Assembly (NCBI GenBank): GCA_019358935.1
Contig: JAHHIK010000071.1
Span: 1-41,855 of the forward strand
Reading direction: 5' to 3'
DNA from: Tolypothrix carrinoi HA7290-LM1
GTDB taxonomy: Bacteria > Cyanobacteriota > Cyanobacteriia > Cyanobacteriales > Nostocaceae
Length of the DNA stretch: 41,855 nucleotides
Shown piece by piece: positions 8,192-18,385 of the stretch. The notes under the pieces were generated by a model that worked only from the letters and a program-made list of their open reading frames with translations, was not told the DNA's origin and ran no database searches. A program made the translations under genes and the position numbers. The stretch's first letter is position 1. Each line of letters begins with the position of its first letter.

Positions 8192-8674
8192 ATGTCTGAC
8201 ATCAAAAAACTTGGTCAATCTTGGATCTTTAATTGGTTCTTTGGTTTTCAAGAGATCCCTACAGATGACGATTGTTGCATTTATATGAAATCAGTTTTAT
8301 GTTGCGCTAAAGGAGATGGAATTATTTCACAGGAAGAAAAGGATTGGGCTATTGGATTCTGTGCATCTTGGGGAGTAGCAGACTGGGTAATTGAAGAGTT
8401 AAAAACATATGAGGGGGATGAAGATTTAGAAGAAGTCATTGCTCGCTCTCCTCAGGTCTCCATAGCACAGAGAGATTTACTTCTCACTGCAATTAGAGCT
8501 TGTGCTGCTGATGGAGAATTTCATGAACAGGAAAAGGCAAAAATTCGGCAAATGGCTGCTATTATAGGGGTTCCAGAAGAAACAGTAGAGCAGTTAGAGC
8601 AACTACAAAAAGAAGAATCAGCATTACGGCAGAAACGCATTAACCTCTTATATCCTGAAAAAAGCCCCTATTAA
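8192..8674 (+). CDS. TerB-like (tellurite resistance family) helical protein
   Basis: Two TerB-type motifs, AKGDGIISQEE and AADGEFHEQEKAKIRQMA; AAGGA RBS. Confidence 0.8.
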   Translation: MSDIKKLGQSWIFNWFFGFQEIPTDDDCCIYMKSVLCCAKGDGIISQEEKDWAIGFCASWGVADWVIEELKTYEGDEDLEEVIARSPQVSIAQRDLLLTAIRACAADGEFHEQEKAKIRQMAAIIGVPEETVEQLEQLQKEESALRQKRINLLYPEKSPY

Positions 8675-8772
8675 CGATTTTCCACTTAATGGGCAAGTGT
8701 GAGGTAGGACTGGGAGCGATGGGATTTTGTGAGGTGGTAAAAATTAGGGGTATAAATCACCGATTTAATACT

Positions 8773-8801
8773 GCGTAGGCGTAGCCCAACCCAGGCATCG
8801 C
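8773..8801. repeat. Small dispersed repeat that appears inserted into a HIP1 site
   Basis: GCG-[21 nt TAGGCGTAGCCCAACCCAGGC]-ATCGC; removing the 21 nt restores GCGATCGC. Confidence 0.65.
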
Positions 8802-8986
8802 AGCAAAATAGCTGGTTTTATTGAAAATCTAGCTATGTAACTGGGAATTAAATACCGAGTGCTGTAATTGTTGTGCAATATACATTTTGGCAGTTTTTGA
8901 TCCCTCTTTTTTCAAGCTTGGTGAGAAATCCGGTTAGACCAATTCTGTATGAAGATGCACATAATAAGACCCCCCTGTAGTAAGTT

Positions 8987-9062
8987 GTAGGGTGTCGTAC
9001 TTTCGGCGTTTCGCACCGCCAACGCCTGAAATGGTGCGTTATGCTTGGCTAACACACCCTAC
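8987..9062. repeat. GTAG-type REP-like element
   Basis: GTAGGGTGT...ACACCCTAC inverted ends; relatives at 14052-14237 and 29373-29412. Confidence 0.75.
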
Positions 9063-9075
9063 CCTATCTTAATAT

Positions 9076-9153
9076 AGGACTTACGCACTTTCTACGAATT
9101 CTTCTCCGCAAAAAGAAGAAGTAAGAGTTTGAGAGAGTTATTGCGTAAGTCCT
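9076..9153. mobile_element. MITE-like element with AGGACTTACGCA terminal inverted repeats
   Basis: Perfect 12-bp inverted ends at 9076-9087 and 9142-9153; same end at 112-123. Confidence 0.75.
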
Positions 9154-9237
9154 GTTATATTTGTTTTCGCCTACCTACACAGTCACATTCTTGGCAACAA
9201 TGATGCTAGCATATTTCTTCACCAGCTAGACTTGACC

Positions 9238-10404
9238 ATGAAATTAGTTTGCGCCCAAAGCGACCTCAGTACCAACCTCTCACTCGTTAGCCGTGCAGTT
9301 CCATCACGTCCAACTCATCCGGTACTTGCTAACGTGCTACTGCAAGCGGATGCTCAAACTAACTCTGTAAGTTTAACAGCCTTCGATCTCAGCTTGGGTA
9401 TCCGCACTAGCTTTAGCGCTGAAGTTATCCAAGGAGGAGCGATCGCACTTCCTGCTAGACTACTCGTAGATATTACCTCTCGTCTTCCCGAAGGAGAAAT
9501 CACCTTAGAAGATGAATCCGCAAGTACCGCCGAAACCCCAGGCGGGGAAGGTATAATTGTTACACTCACACCCAAAAGTGGACGTTATCAGCTGCGAGCA
9601 ATGGGAGCGGAAGAGTATCCCGAACTACCTATAATTGAAAATATCGAAGCAATTCATCTTACCACCGCTGCATTAATTGAAGGATTGCGCGGTTGTTTAT
9701 TTGCCACCAGTAGCGATGAAACTAAGCAAGTGCTTACCGGTGTGCATTTAACACTTAAACAAGACGCGCTAGAATTTGCAGCTACAGATGGACATCGTTT
9801 AGCAGTTGTAGAAACAGTTAACGAAAGTCCTATAGCTAGCAGTGAAAATCAACTAGAGGTAACAGTACCAAACAGAGCCATGCGCGAACTAGAGCGGATG
9901 TTGGCTCATAGTTCCTCCGAAGAAGAAACTGTAGCCTTATACTTCGATCAAGGTCAAATTGTCTTTCAATGGCAAAATCAACGCTTAACAAGTCGAATTT
10001 TAGAAGGACAATATCCCGCTTATCGGTTACTTATTCCTCGCCAATTTGAGCGACAATTAACGCTCGATCGCAGACAATTAGTTAGCACCTTAGAGCGAAT
10101 TGCTGTCTTAGCCGATCAAAAAAATAATATCGTCAAAATCAGCATGGACGGCGACGCAGAGGAAATTACTTTATCTGTAGAATCTCAAGATGTGGGTAGC
10201 GCTATTGAATCGATGCCGGCACAAATATCAGGAGAAGATATAGATATTGCCTTTAACGTCAAATATTTAATGGAAGGCTTAAAAGCATTGCCATCTCAAG
10301 AAATTCAAATGCAGTTAAATGGAAATCTCACTCCAGTGATTTTTACACCACTAAGCGGTTTAAAGATGACTTATTTAGCAATGCCGGTGCAATTAAGAAG
10401 TTAA
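9238..10404 (+). CDS. dnaN: DNA polymerase III beta subunit (sliding clamp)
   Basis: MKLVCAQSDL..RPTHPVLANV, AATDGHRL, GQYPAY, AFNVKYL, YLAMPVQ. Confidence 0.97.
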   Translation: MKLVCAQSDLSTNLSLVSRAVPSRPTHPVLANVLLQADAQTNSVSLTAFDLSLGIRTSFSAEVIQGGAIALPARLLVDITSRLPEGEITLEDESASTAETPGGEGIIVTLTPKSGRYQLRAMGAEEYPELPIIENIEAIHLTTAALIEGLRGCLFATSSDETKQVLTGVHLTLKQDALEFAATDGHRLAVVETVNESPIASSENQLEVTVPNRAMRELERMLAHSSSEEETVALYFDQGQIVFQWQNQRLTSRILEGQYPAYRLLIPRQFERQLTLDRRQLVSTLERIAVLADQKNNIVKISMDGDAEEITLSVESQDVGSAIESMPAQISGEDIDIAFNVKYLMEGLKALPSQEIQMQLNGNLTPVIFTPLSGLKMTYLAMPVQLRS

Positions 10405-13400
10405 AAGTGGTGAATAGGTGCAATCGGGATTTGAATTGAAAATTCCGTACCATCAGGTAGCGAATTACATTTGAAGACACCACCGTGCTTTTCTACCACA
10501 ATTTGGTAACTAATTGATAGACCTAAGCCAGTACCCTTTCCTACTGGCTTGGTGGTAAAAAACGGGTCAAATATTCGCGTTTTGATGTCTTCCGGCATTC
10601 CCGAACCATTATCTAAGATGCGAATCACCACTTGATGATTATTTATAACTTCGGTACTAATCCGAATTTGGGGACGATCGCTTATTTGTCCGGGGTTTTT
10701 TTCTAATAACTCTTCTAAAGCATCAATCGCATTGCTCAAAACATTCATAAACACCTGATTTAATTGTCCGGCATAACATTCTACTAAAGGTAGGTTGCCG
10801 TACTCTTTAACTATCTCAATAGCGCGACTGTTTGGCGTTGCTTTCAAACGATGTTGTAAAATTAGTAACGTGCTATCAATACCTTGGTGAATGTCAACTT
10901 GCTTCATCTGGGCTTCGTCAAGCCTGGAGAAATTCCGTAAAGACACGACAATCTGACGGATGCGATCGCTTCCTAGTTTCAACGACGACAGTATTTTAGG
11001 CAAATCTTCGGCAATAAATTCTAAGTCTATATTTTCCGCTAAATCGCAAATCTCAGGGCTGGGGTTCGGATAGTGCTGCTGATAAAGAGCTAGCATACTA
11101 AGTAAATCCTTAGCGTATTCACAGACAGGACCGAGGTTGCCATAAATAAAGTTTATGGGGTTGTTAATCTCATGTGCCACACCAGCCACCAATTGTCCTA
11201 AACTGGACATTTTCTCGGTTTGGATTAATTGGGTTTGAGTTTGTTGTAATTCTTCTAGCGCTTGAGCGAGTTGTTCTGCTTGATGCTTGGTTTGGGCAAG
11301 CAACTCAGCTTGTTGGAGCGCTACCCCAAGCTGCACCGCAATCTGAGCCAAAAATTTGATTTCCGAAGCTTCCCAGTGCCTGGGTGCAGAATTTTGATAA
11401 GCTGCCAGCAAACCCCAGAGTTGTTGCCCTACAAAAATGGGAGCGATCGCATATGCCTTTACCTGAAATTGCTCCAAAACAGCAAAGTGACACTCAGAGT
11501 GACCAGCCTGATAGATGTCGTTTACTGCAAATGTTTGATTGTGAAGATACCTTCCACCTTTTGTTTCTTGCAAATAAGTATCTTCCCACACCATGTTTAT
11601 CTGGGAACTGATTAATTTGACCCAATCCTCACCAACAAACTCGGCAAGAAACTGACCGCTCCAATCAGCGTTAAAGCGATAGACTGCAACTCGATCCGCT
11701 TGTAGTGATTGACAAACTACTTGGGTAGTCGTTTGAAAAATCGCATCCAAGCTGAGAGATTCCCGAATCTTGGCAACAACTTCAAATAATACTCTTTGTT
11801 GTTCTGCTGCCTGTTGCAAATTCAATGTCTGCTGTTGTGTTTGCTTGAGTAATTCAGCTTGCTGGAGTGCTACCCCTATTTGGGCAGCAATCTGACTGAA
11901 GAAATCAACTTCAATGTCCTGCCATTTGCGAGATCCAGAGTGTTGATAAGTTGCTAGCAAACCCCAAAGTTTTTGTCCGACAAAGATCGGAGCAAGCACA
12001 AAAGCGTGAATCTGAAACTGCTCTAGATTGTCGATATGACACTGAGCAAAACCCATCTTGTAGATGTCATTTACTGCAAATGTTTCATTGTTGCGGTAGC
12101 GTCCTCCTTGTGTATCTTGTAAATAAGTGTCGTTCCAAACAGTATTAATACCAAGTTTGTACTCATCATTCAACCAGTTGGGACTAGCAGCTTCAAAATC
12201 ACCGACAAATTCACCACCCCAATCAGAATCAAAGCGATAAACAGAAACACGATCAACTTTTAAGAGTTGACAAACTTCTTTAGTAGTTGTTTGAAAAATA
12301 ATATCGGTGTCAAGAGACTCACGAATTTTGGCAATGACTTTGAACACAGCTTGTTGCTGTTGACTTGTCCTTCGCAGTTCAACAGTGCGCTTTTTAACTT
12401 GATTTTCTAAGTCGCTATTAAAGGCTTGTACTTGTTGGTATAATTCATACTGCTGACATGCCGACGCAAAGTGTTTGCCGATTTCTTCAGCCAATTCAAT
12501 CTCTGCAAACGTCCATTTCCGAGCCTGTGCCTTTTTAAATTCACGCCAAACATCAAATGATACACGCGGGTAGAGTTGCCGCTTGTCGCTATCACATTGA
12601 CCAGCCCAGAGAGTTTCTGTGTCTATTTCATCTCGAAAAATACTTAAATAGCCGAGTAATTGCTGACGATAATAAAGCGGAATCATCAAGATGCTGCGAA
12701 TTTTGGTTGATTGAAAAGCAGCTTGTAAACTTCGTAAATTTGGAGTTTGATATATATCTGAAATAGCCCAAACATCATAATTACCATTGTAGTGTTCCTG
12801 CCAGACGTTATATTGCTCCATCAATGGATATATTGTTTGTTCTGGTATTGCAGGTTGCTTTCCACTAATATAAAGTTTGACAGCATCGCTTCCAGGTATC
12901 AAACATTCCGCGAAACTTCTGAAGCTGCGATTTTGATAATTAAAAGCTTCATTTCTAATACAAAGTCTGCCACCAGAACCACCAAAAGCAACAATGGCTG
13001 CTTCTAAAGCTGGCTGTAATACAATTGTCGGCAGTGAATGCAATAATGTAGCAATGCGGCTAACGATCGCTTCTCGTTCAGCTTTTCTGTGAGCTTGAGT
13101 CAAAAGAGTACTGTGAGCGATCGCTATCTCTAGCTGTTCTACCACAATTTGTAGCACTTCCAGTTCATCTTCGCCAACAGAACGTGGTTGTGAGTGGTGA
13201 GATACTAAAAGTCCCCAGAGTTTTTCGTCTACCAGAATCGGCACTCCCAGAGATGACTTTACACCCATTGCCGTCAAATATTCAACATGACAGGGGTCTA
13301 CAGGACGATAACGAAAATCCTCAGATATAATTTCTTTAGTTTGGGGGTCACACACAGGACTTTGACCAATTTTGCCCTCGTCCACATTTACAAGCGATCG

Positions 13401-13703
13401 CACTCGTGATTTAATAAATAATTCCCGCGCATGAGGTGGAATGTCCGAAGCGGGAAAATTAAGCCCTAACAAAGATGGTAACGAGCGATCGTTTATAGAT
13501 TCAGCAATGACCTGACCGCTACTATCGACATTAAATTTATAAATCATCACTCGATCTGTGCCGAGAAACGAACGCACCTCCCCCACTGTCGCTATAAGAA
13601 TATCTTGCAGTTCTAGCGTCAAACGAATACGGTTTGTTATGCGACGCAGCAAATTTTCTTGATTTCTACTTCCCCGCAAGTCTTGTTCTGTGGTAGAGGT
13701 CAT
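10401..13703 (-). CDS. Knotless phytochrome (GAF-PHY) plus two cyanobacteriochrome GAFs plus histidine kinase, AphC-like
   Basis: PASDIP and PCHVEYL in GAF1; WAG and PRVSF tongue motifs; two WxDTYLQ...CH GAFs; AHEINNP, NAIDA, DNGSG, FFTTK, GTGLGL; shares TTAA stop overlap with dnaN. Confidence 0.92.
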   Translation of the reverse strand: MTSTTEQDLRGSRNQENLLRRITNRIRLTLELQDILIATVGEVRSFLGTDRVMIYKFNVDSSGQVIAESINDRSLPSLLGLNFPASDIPPHARELFIKSRVRSLVNVDEGKIGQSPVCDPQTKEIISEDFRYRPVDPCHVEYLTAMGVKSSLGVPILVDEKLWGLLVSHHSQPRSVGEDELEVLQIVVEQLEIAIAHSTLLTQAHRKAEREAIVSRIATLLHSLPTIVLQPALEAAIVAFGGSGGRLCIRNEAFNYQNRSFRSFAECLIPGSDAVKLYISGKQPAIPEQTIYPLMEQYNVWQEHYNGNYDVWAISDIYQTPNLRSLQAAFQSTKIRSILMIPLYYRQQLLGYLSIFRDEIDTETLWAGQCDSDKRQLYPRVSFDVWREFKKAQARKWTFAEIELAEEIGKHFASACQQYELYQQVQAFNSDLENQVKKRTVELRRTSQQQQAVFKVIAKIRESLDTDIIFQTTTKEVCQLLKVDRVSVYRFDSDWGGEFVGDFEAASPNWLNDEYKLGINTVWNDTYLQDTQGGRYRNNETFAVNDIYKMGFAQCHIDNLEQFQIHAFVLAPIFVGQKLWGLLATYQHSGSRKWQDIEVDFFSQIAAQIGVALQQAELLKQTQQQTLNLQQAAEQQRVLFEVVAKIRESLSLDAIFQTTTQVVCQSLQADRVAVYRFNADWSGQFLAEFVGEDWVKLISSQINMVWEDTYLQETKGGRYLHNQTFAVNDIYQAGHSECHFAVLEQFQVKAYAIAPIFVGQQLWGLLAAYQNSAPRHWEASEIKFLAQIAVQLGVALQQAELLAQTKHQAEQLAQALEELQQTQTQLIQTEKMSSLGQLVAGVAHEINNPINFIYGNLGPVCEYAKDLLSMLALYQQHYPNPSPEICDLAENIDLEFIAEDLPKILSSLKLGSDRIRQIVVSLRNFSRLDEAQMKQVDIHQGIDSTLLILQHRLKATPNSRAIEIVKEYGNLPLVECYAGQLNQVFMNVLSNAIDALEELLEKNPGQISDRPQIRISTEVINNHQVVIRILDNGSGMPEDIKTRIFDPFFTTKPVGKGTGLGLSISYQIVVEKHGGVFKCNSLPDGTEFSIQIPIAPIHHF

Positions 13704-14051
13704 TGCTTTTATTAAAATTACTAAGATAATTACTAGAAAATATAATTATTGTCTGATTTCATAACTGATTTAGTCCTCAGCAAAATCACTGATTATATTT
13801 ACATAAATATTTAAAATTGCTAAGATAAAATTACTAATATCCACAAGACAAAAGCCTATCAATTATTAGATATCATGATTCATTGTTTATTGTTACTTTG
13901 CAGCAATAAGTAAGGACACAATATTGTTGTGCCCCTATAAAAAACCTATATTTTATTTAAGACTTACCTATTTTAATTGCCTTATAATCATCTATTCTTT
14001 AGTGGAGCTATAGCAATCCTCCCGCATATTTTTGAAAAAATCTAAGTATAT

Positions 14052-14237
14052 GTAGGGTCCGGCTTATTAGGGTGTGGATTTTCGAGGCAGTTTGCGGTGT
14101 AGATTTTCTTCCCGCAAAACTGCCGTCCTCCCCTAATAGAGTCCGTTGTGTTATCGCGCCGAGAGTACGGCACCAAAATCTTCGGATAGCACCATCCCAG
14201 ATTTTCGGTGCGTTACGGAAGCCGTAACACACCCTAC
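14052..14237. repeat. Nested REP-like / small dispersed repeat composite
   Basis: Three levels of inverted repeats (see findings). Confidence 0.7.
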
Positions 14238-14243
14238 TTTTAA

Positions 14244-14273
14244 GTACAGACGTTCCGGACGGAACGTCTCTAC
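14244..14273. repeat. GTAG-type REP-like hairpin just after the arsA-like stop
   Basis: AGACGTTCCG-GA-CGGAACGTCT perfect 10-bp stem. Confidence 0.75.
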
Positions 14274-15464
14274 CTAACTAATTCTCGCTGCGTCAGCAAA
14301 GCGAATTTTCAGATAATCATCTTCCATCTTGGCGCCAGATGGTTGCAATGCTGCCAAAGCTTGCGGTAATACTAAATTACGGCGATGATTGCCTATTGTG
14401 ATGTTTAATTCGTCTCCACTTTTACTAAGTTGAACCTGGTTTTTGGGAATTCCAGGTAAATAAAGTTCCAAACTGTATTGGTTTTTATCTTGCACTACTC
14501 TGATTGTCGTTTCTTTGTAATAAACTTGAGTTGGGTCTTCATCTTTGTAGAGCGTTTCCTTCAATCTTTCTAACGCTGCTAAACCGCAAAGTTCCTCAGA
14601 AAAAAGCGGTGCTTCTTTCACAGGCAGAGGAAGGAAGTTATCATGAATTTCTTGACGATATTGCTGCTGATTTTCTTTCCAACGTTTGAAAAATGGATCT
14701 TGTACTTCGTCGGGAATGATGCGATTAGCTATAATTAAATCCGTTGCCACATTATACAAACTCAAATAAGCATGAGCGCGGAGAGACTCTTTAATCACCA
14801 TCTTTTCTGGATTGGTAATCAAGCGCACTGAGGTTTGAGTATTATCAGTTAATACTTTTTCTAGAGCTTCAATTTGCTCATAAAATTCATAGGGTGCATC
14901 CATCACCTCTTTATCTGGCAAAGAAAAACCAGCGATCGGTCTAAAAAGAGGTTCAACTAAAGGTCTAAGTGCGACAGAGATGTTTTGAAACGGTTTATAA
15001 AATCGGCGCATATACCAGCCACTAATTTCTGGTAAACTCAACAGACGCAATGCTGTACCAGTCGGTGCTGAGTCAATAATCAAAACATCATACTCGCCTT
15101 CGTCGTAGTGGCGTTTCATCCTTACCAAGCCAAAAATCTCATCCATGCCTGGTAAAATTGCCAATTCTTCCGCTTGTACCCCCTCCAAACCCCGCGCTTG
15201 CAAAACTTGGGTAATGTAGCGTTTGACGGCACCCCAGTTTCCCTCTAATTCTAACAGCGCGTCGAGTTCCGCACCCCACAAATTTGGGCGAATTTGTCGC
15301 GGTGCATGTCCTAGTTCTAAATCAAAACTGTCTGCTAAGGAATGTGCCGGATCTGTACTCAAAACAAGTGTGCGATAGCCTAGTTCTGCACAACGCAGTC
15401 CAGTAGCTGCGGCAACAGAGGTTTTGCCTACACCACCTTTGCCTGTCATCAAAATTACACGCAT
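14274..15464 (-). CDS. TRC40/GET3/ArsA-family ATPase with C-terminal HSP20-like domain
   Basis: [28 protein letters not shown]; beta-rich C-terminus. Confidence 0.93.
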   Translation of the reverse strand: MRVILMTGKGGVGKTSVAAATGLRCAELGYRTLVLSTDPAHSLADSFDLELGHAPRQIRPNLWGAELDALLELEGNWGAVKRYITQVLQARGLEGVQAEELAILPGMDEIFGLVRMKRHYDEGEYDVLIIDSAPTGTALRLLSLPEISGWYMRRFYKPFQNISVALRPLVEPLFRPIAGFSLPDKEVMDAPYEFYEQIEALEKVLTDNTQTSVRLITNPEKMVIKESLRAHAYLSLYNVATDLIIANRIIPDEVQDPFFKRWKENQQQYRQEIHDNFLPLPVKEAPLFSEELCGLAALERLKETLYKDEDPTQVYYKETTIRVVQDKNQYSLELYLPGIPKNQVQLSKSGDELNITIGNHRRNLVLPQALAALQPSGAKMEDDYLKIRFADAARIS

Positions 15465-15506
15465 GTACGATCTGTCCTAGCTGAGGATTTTTTACATTTA
15501 TTTACA

Positions 15507-15896
15507 TTATCGACTTTTTAACGGAAATAAATGCTGCTTTAGCACGTCTAAACGCGAACAATTCCAATAATCAATGTGAGAAATAATCAGATTATCAGAG
15601 TTGAGGTGTAACTCACTCCAGCCAGGGATAGAGATGTGTGGTTTCCACGGTAGAGGTGTATTCCAGTTGAGTGTCCACTTAGTTTTAATTGTGTCTCCTT
15701 CTTTTTGAATATCGTGTAAATCCATTTTCGGATTTAAAAAGAAAGTCTCGATGAATTTAATCATCAGCTTGTACAGCTTGACACCACGAAATTTGTTAAG
15801 CGGATCTTGAAAATAAACATCTTCAGCGTAGATGCTGTAAGTTTGATTTGCGGGAAATCTTTGATAGTCTTCTTTGAGGATTTGAATAATATCCAT
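15507..15896 (-). CDS. DUF2358 / SnoaL-like (NTF2-fold) protein
   Basis: IYAEDVYFQDPLNKFRG, LPWKP, SHIDYW. Confidence 0.85.
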   Translation of the reverse strand: MDIIQILKEDYQRFPANQTYSIYAEDVYFQDPLNKFRGVKLYKLMIKFIETFFLNPKMDLHDIQKEGDTIKTKWTLNWNTPLPWKPHISIPGWSELHLNSDNLIISHIDYWNCSRLDVLKQHLFPLKSR

Positions 15897-15900
15897 AAAG

Positions 15901-16015
15901 AGTTGGAGCGTTGTTGGGTGTTAGTTGGAGCGTTGTTGGGTGTTGGGTGTTAGTTGGAGCGTTGTTGGGTGTTGGTTGTTGGGTGTTGGGTGTTGGTTGT
16001 TGGTTGGAGCGTTGT
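15901..16015. repeat. GT-rich short tandem repeats
   Basis: GTTGGAGCGTT and GTTGGGT units. Confidence 0.85.
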
Positions 16016-16016
16016 T

Positions 16017-16134
16017 ATACCAATTCTATATGAGGTTGCGCTTTATTCGCCCTCAGGCTAGAAGCCTGGGGCGTTGCGCGTACAAAGCCTGCCTCCGCAG
16101 GCTAATTAAGTGCATCTTCATACAGAAACGGTAT
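16017..16134. mobile_element. MITE-like element carrying a partial REP-like repeat
   Basis: ATACCAATTCTATATGAGGTTGCGC / GTGCATCTTCATACAGAAACGGTAT imperfect inverted ends; similar end at about 8936-8960. Confidence 0.65.
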
Positions 16135-16166
16135 TAGTTGTTGGTTGATGGTTTACGCTCAACAAT

Positions 16167-16280
16167 TAACAGTTAACAGTTAACAGTTAACCACTCTCCA
16201 CTATCAACTATCCACTATCAACTATCCACTATCAACTATCAACTATCCACTATCAACTATCAACTATCAACTATCAACTA
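16167..16280. repeat. Heptamer tandem repeats (TTAACAG)n and (CTATCA/CA)n
   Basis: Seen directly; STRR-like. Confidence 0.9.
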
Positions 16281-16850
16281 TTATGGTTCTACTTCATTCC
16301 AAAGACGTTCTAACTGACGTTGCCAAGCAGCGATAACTTCTGCTTGCGCTTCTGGAGTTTGTTCTATTTCACCTAACAATCCTTCAGCATAAAAGCGGTC
16401 TAAAGTTTGCATAGTAGTTTGTAGAGATTGTCCTTGCTGTTTTGCTGCTAGGATAATTTGCCGAATGCGATTTTCAATTAGCCGATTGAAGACATCATCT
16501 AAACCAGCTTGATGTAAAGATGCTAGTCTGGCGATCGCACTCTCCAAATCCGCACTCACCAAAGTGTCACTATTATGCTGAAATACTCCCCACACTACGC
16601 TATCGTAGACTGCGTAGCGTACTTCTTGAGTCTCATCAAAATTCGCTTCTAACAACTGTTCTAATAAAGGTTGAGCTTCTTGTATTGGCACAATTGGCAG
16701 CAACACTCGCACCCATGTATTATCTTCACTAAGTATCACCAATAGCCGAAAACCAGAAGTTTCTACTTGCCAAGATCCCGGTGCGATCGCTACAACAGCT
16801 GCTTCACCAAATAAGTCTGCCAGCGTTATTGCTATTTCATCAGATTTCAT
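16281..16850 (-). CDS. Conserved hypothetical protein, possibly YbjN / type III chaperone-like fold
   Basis: 189-aa ORF with LLEANFD...RYA pattern; fold call tentative. Confidence 0.7.
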   Translation of the reverse strand: MKSDEIAITLADLFGEAAVVAIAPGSWQVETSGFRLLVILSEDNTWVRVLLPIVPIQEAQPLLEQLLEANFDETQEVRYAVYDSVVWGVFQHNSDTLVSADLESAIARLASLHQAGLDDVFNRLIENRIRQIILAAKQQGQSLQTTMQTLDRFYAEGLLGEIEQTPEAQAEVIAAWQRQLERLWNEVEP

Positions 16851-16942
16851 AGTTTTTTCTCATCTTTAGCCTCTAGGGTAGCGTTTTGCGGTTCTAAGAG
16901 ATAACTGACTATGTACCCAAAGGCAAAAAACTCATTGAAAAT

Positions 16943-17131
16943 CTATCTATCAGTCTGCTGTACTGCCTGCTGAACTACTTCTAAAGGTAAATCTAACAAT
17001 TGAGCGATCGCATCTAAACTCAACCCAAACTCTACCATTCGCGGTATTGTTTCTAACTTGCTTTGCTGCTTACCTTCTTCTAAACCTTCCTGATAAACTT
17101 TAGTTTGTTTCAACTCACTTAAACCTAACAT
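16943..17131 (-). CDS. Stand-alone Rpn C-terminal domain (RpnS-like, 62 aa)
   Basis: Near-identical to the last 66 aa of the adjacent Rpn; GAGGAA 9 nt upstream of ATG. Confidence 0.65.
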   Translation of the reverse strand: MLGLSELKQTKVYQEGLEEGKQQSKLETIPRMVEFGLSLDAIAQLLDLPLEVVQQAVQQTDR

Positions 17132-17214
17132 TGCTTCAATTTCCTCGCGGCTCTTTTTTGGTAATTTATAAACAACGAGCGTCTCAATTAAGAGGCAAAA
17201 ATAACTAGAAAAAT

Positions 17215-18015
17215 CTATCCATCAGTCTGCTGTACTGCTTGCTGAACTACTTCTAAAGGTAAATCTAACAATTGGGCGATCGCATCCAAACTCAACCCAA
17301 ACTCTACCATTCGCGGTATTGTTTCTAACTTGGCTTGCTGCTTACCTTGTTCTAAACCTTCTTCTAAAGCTTCCTGATATACTTTAGTTTGTTTCAACTC
17401 ACTTAAACCTAACATTGCTTCAATCTCCTCGCGGCTCTTTTTTGGTAATTTGTAAACAATGATTGTCTCAATTAAGTTGATGAGGTCACGCTTGCTAACT
17501 TCATCAGTTAATTGTTGTTTTGCTTGGTCGATTAAACGTCTTGCTAATTGTGGTGCGGTTTCTTCAGCCTCAATAACAAGTTTAACAACACCAACACCAA
17601 GCGAGGTTTCTGCAACTTCTCCTAACTCATCTAAATAAATGCGTCTTACTCGATTTATAGCTAACATTTCACTAAATTGTGAAGCTTGCTGTCTTTCTAT
17701 ACTGCGAGTGGGATAAATAACCACAACCTGCCAAGGTGATACAGGTTTGTATTGCCGCAAGTACAGGAATAACTCGGCAAATAAGCGGTAATATAGATCC
17801 TCATCGGGTTGAAACTGAACTTCAACCACATAGAAGGGTTTTTCTGGGTCATTGCTAGTTGGTAAGAATAAACCGTCAAGACGAAATGCAAGTTGTTTGA
17901 CTTCGCAAGATGTAAATTCATAGCCAACAGCTTCCGCTGGAGATTTGTTAATTAGTTCAAAGAAGATGCTAGGAAATGTCTGAAATAAGCTATAGAAAAT
18001 GCTGTCTGTTTTCAC
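17215..18015 (-). CDS. Rpn-family PD-(D/E)XK nuclease / putative transposase (DUF2887 type)
   Basis: MKTDSIFY, EVKQLAFRLDG, VEVQFQ, YKLP..SREEIEAMLGL, TKVYQE..EEG. Confidence 0.9.
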   Translation of the reverse strand: MKTDSIFYSLFQTFPSIFFELINKSPAEAVGYEFTSCEVKQLAFRLDGLFLPTSNDPEKPFYVVEVQFQPDEDLYYRLFAELFLYLRQYKPVSPWQVVVIYPTRSIERQQASQFSEMLAINRVRRIYLDELGEVAETSLGVGVVKLVIEAEETAPQLARRLIDQAKQQLTDEVSKRDLINLIETIIVYKLPKKSREEIEAMLGLSELKQTKVYQEALEEGLEQGKQQAKLETIPRMVEFGLSLDAIAQLLDLPLEVVQQAVQQTDG

Positions 18016-18210
18016 TGTGATTGAACATACCGAAAGCTGCTGATTATAACTTACCGAGTTGATGGTATAGAAAGCGAGAGTTTTGCGGACACGCTCGTGA
18101 TATTGTTTGTGACGATCGCTTGCTGCTTATTTCCTTCCAAGGCTTTTTGATAAATCAGAATTCCGTTTTTCTCAAGTCAATTGTCACAACCAGTTAGGTT
18201 GGTTTTTATA

Positions 18211-18328
18211 TTACAGCAATTTTCATGTATTTAGACCACACTCTTGTTTCTTCATTTCTTCCTTTGCGACTTGGCGACTTGGCGTGAGATAAAAATAATG
18301 TGGTTCATTTACTTGAAAATCGCTGTAA
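18211..18328. mobile_element. MITE-like element
   Basis: Imperfect 30-bp inverted ends TTACAGCAATTTTCA.. / ..TGAAAATCGCTGTAA, flanked by TA. Confidence 0.7.
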
Positions 18329-18385
18329 TACCTGCTTGTAGAAAGCCAACGGGTTAAGGCAGGGGTGTTGTAGACGTTGATCTAC

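Noticed and set aside
14008..14232. 74-aa minus-strand ORF
   Set aside because: Lies almost entirely over nested repeat elements.
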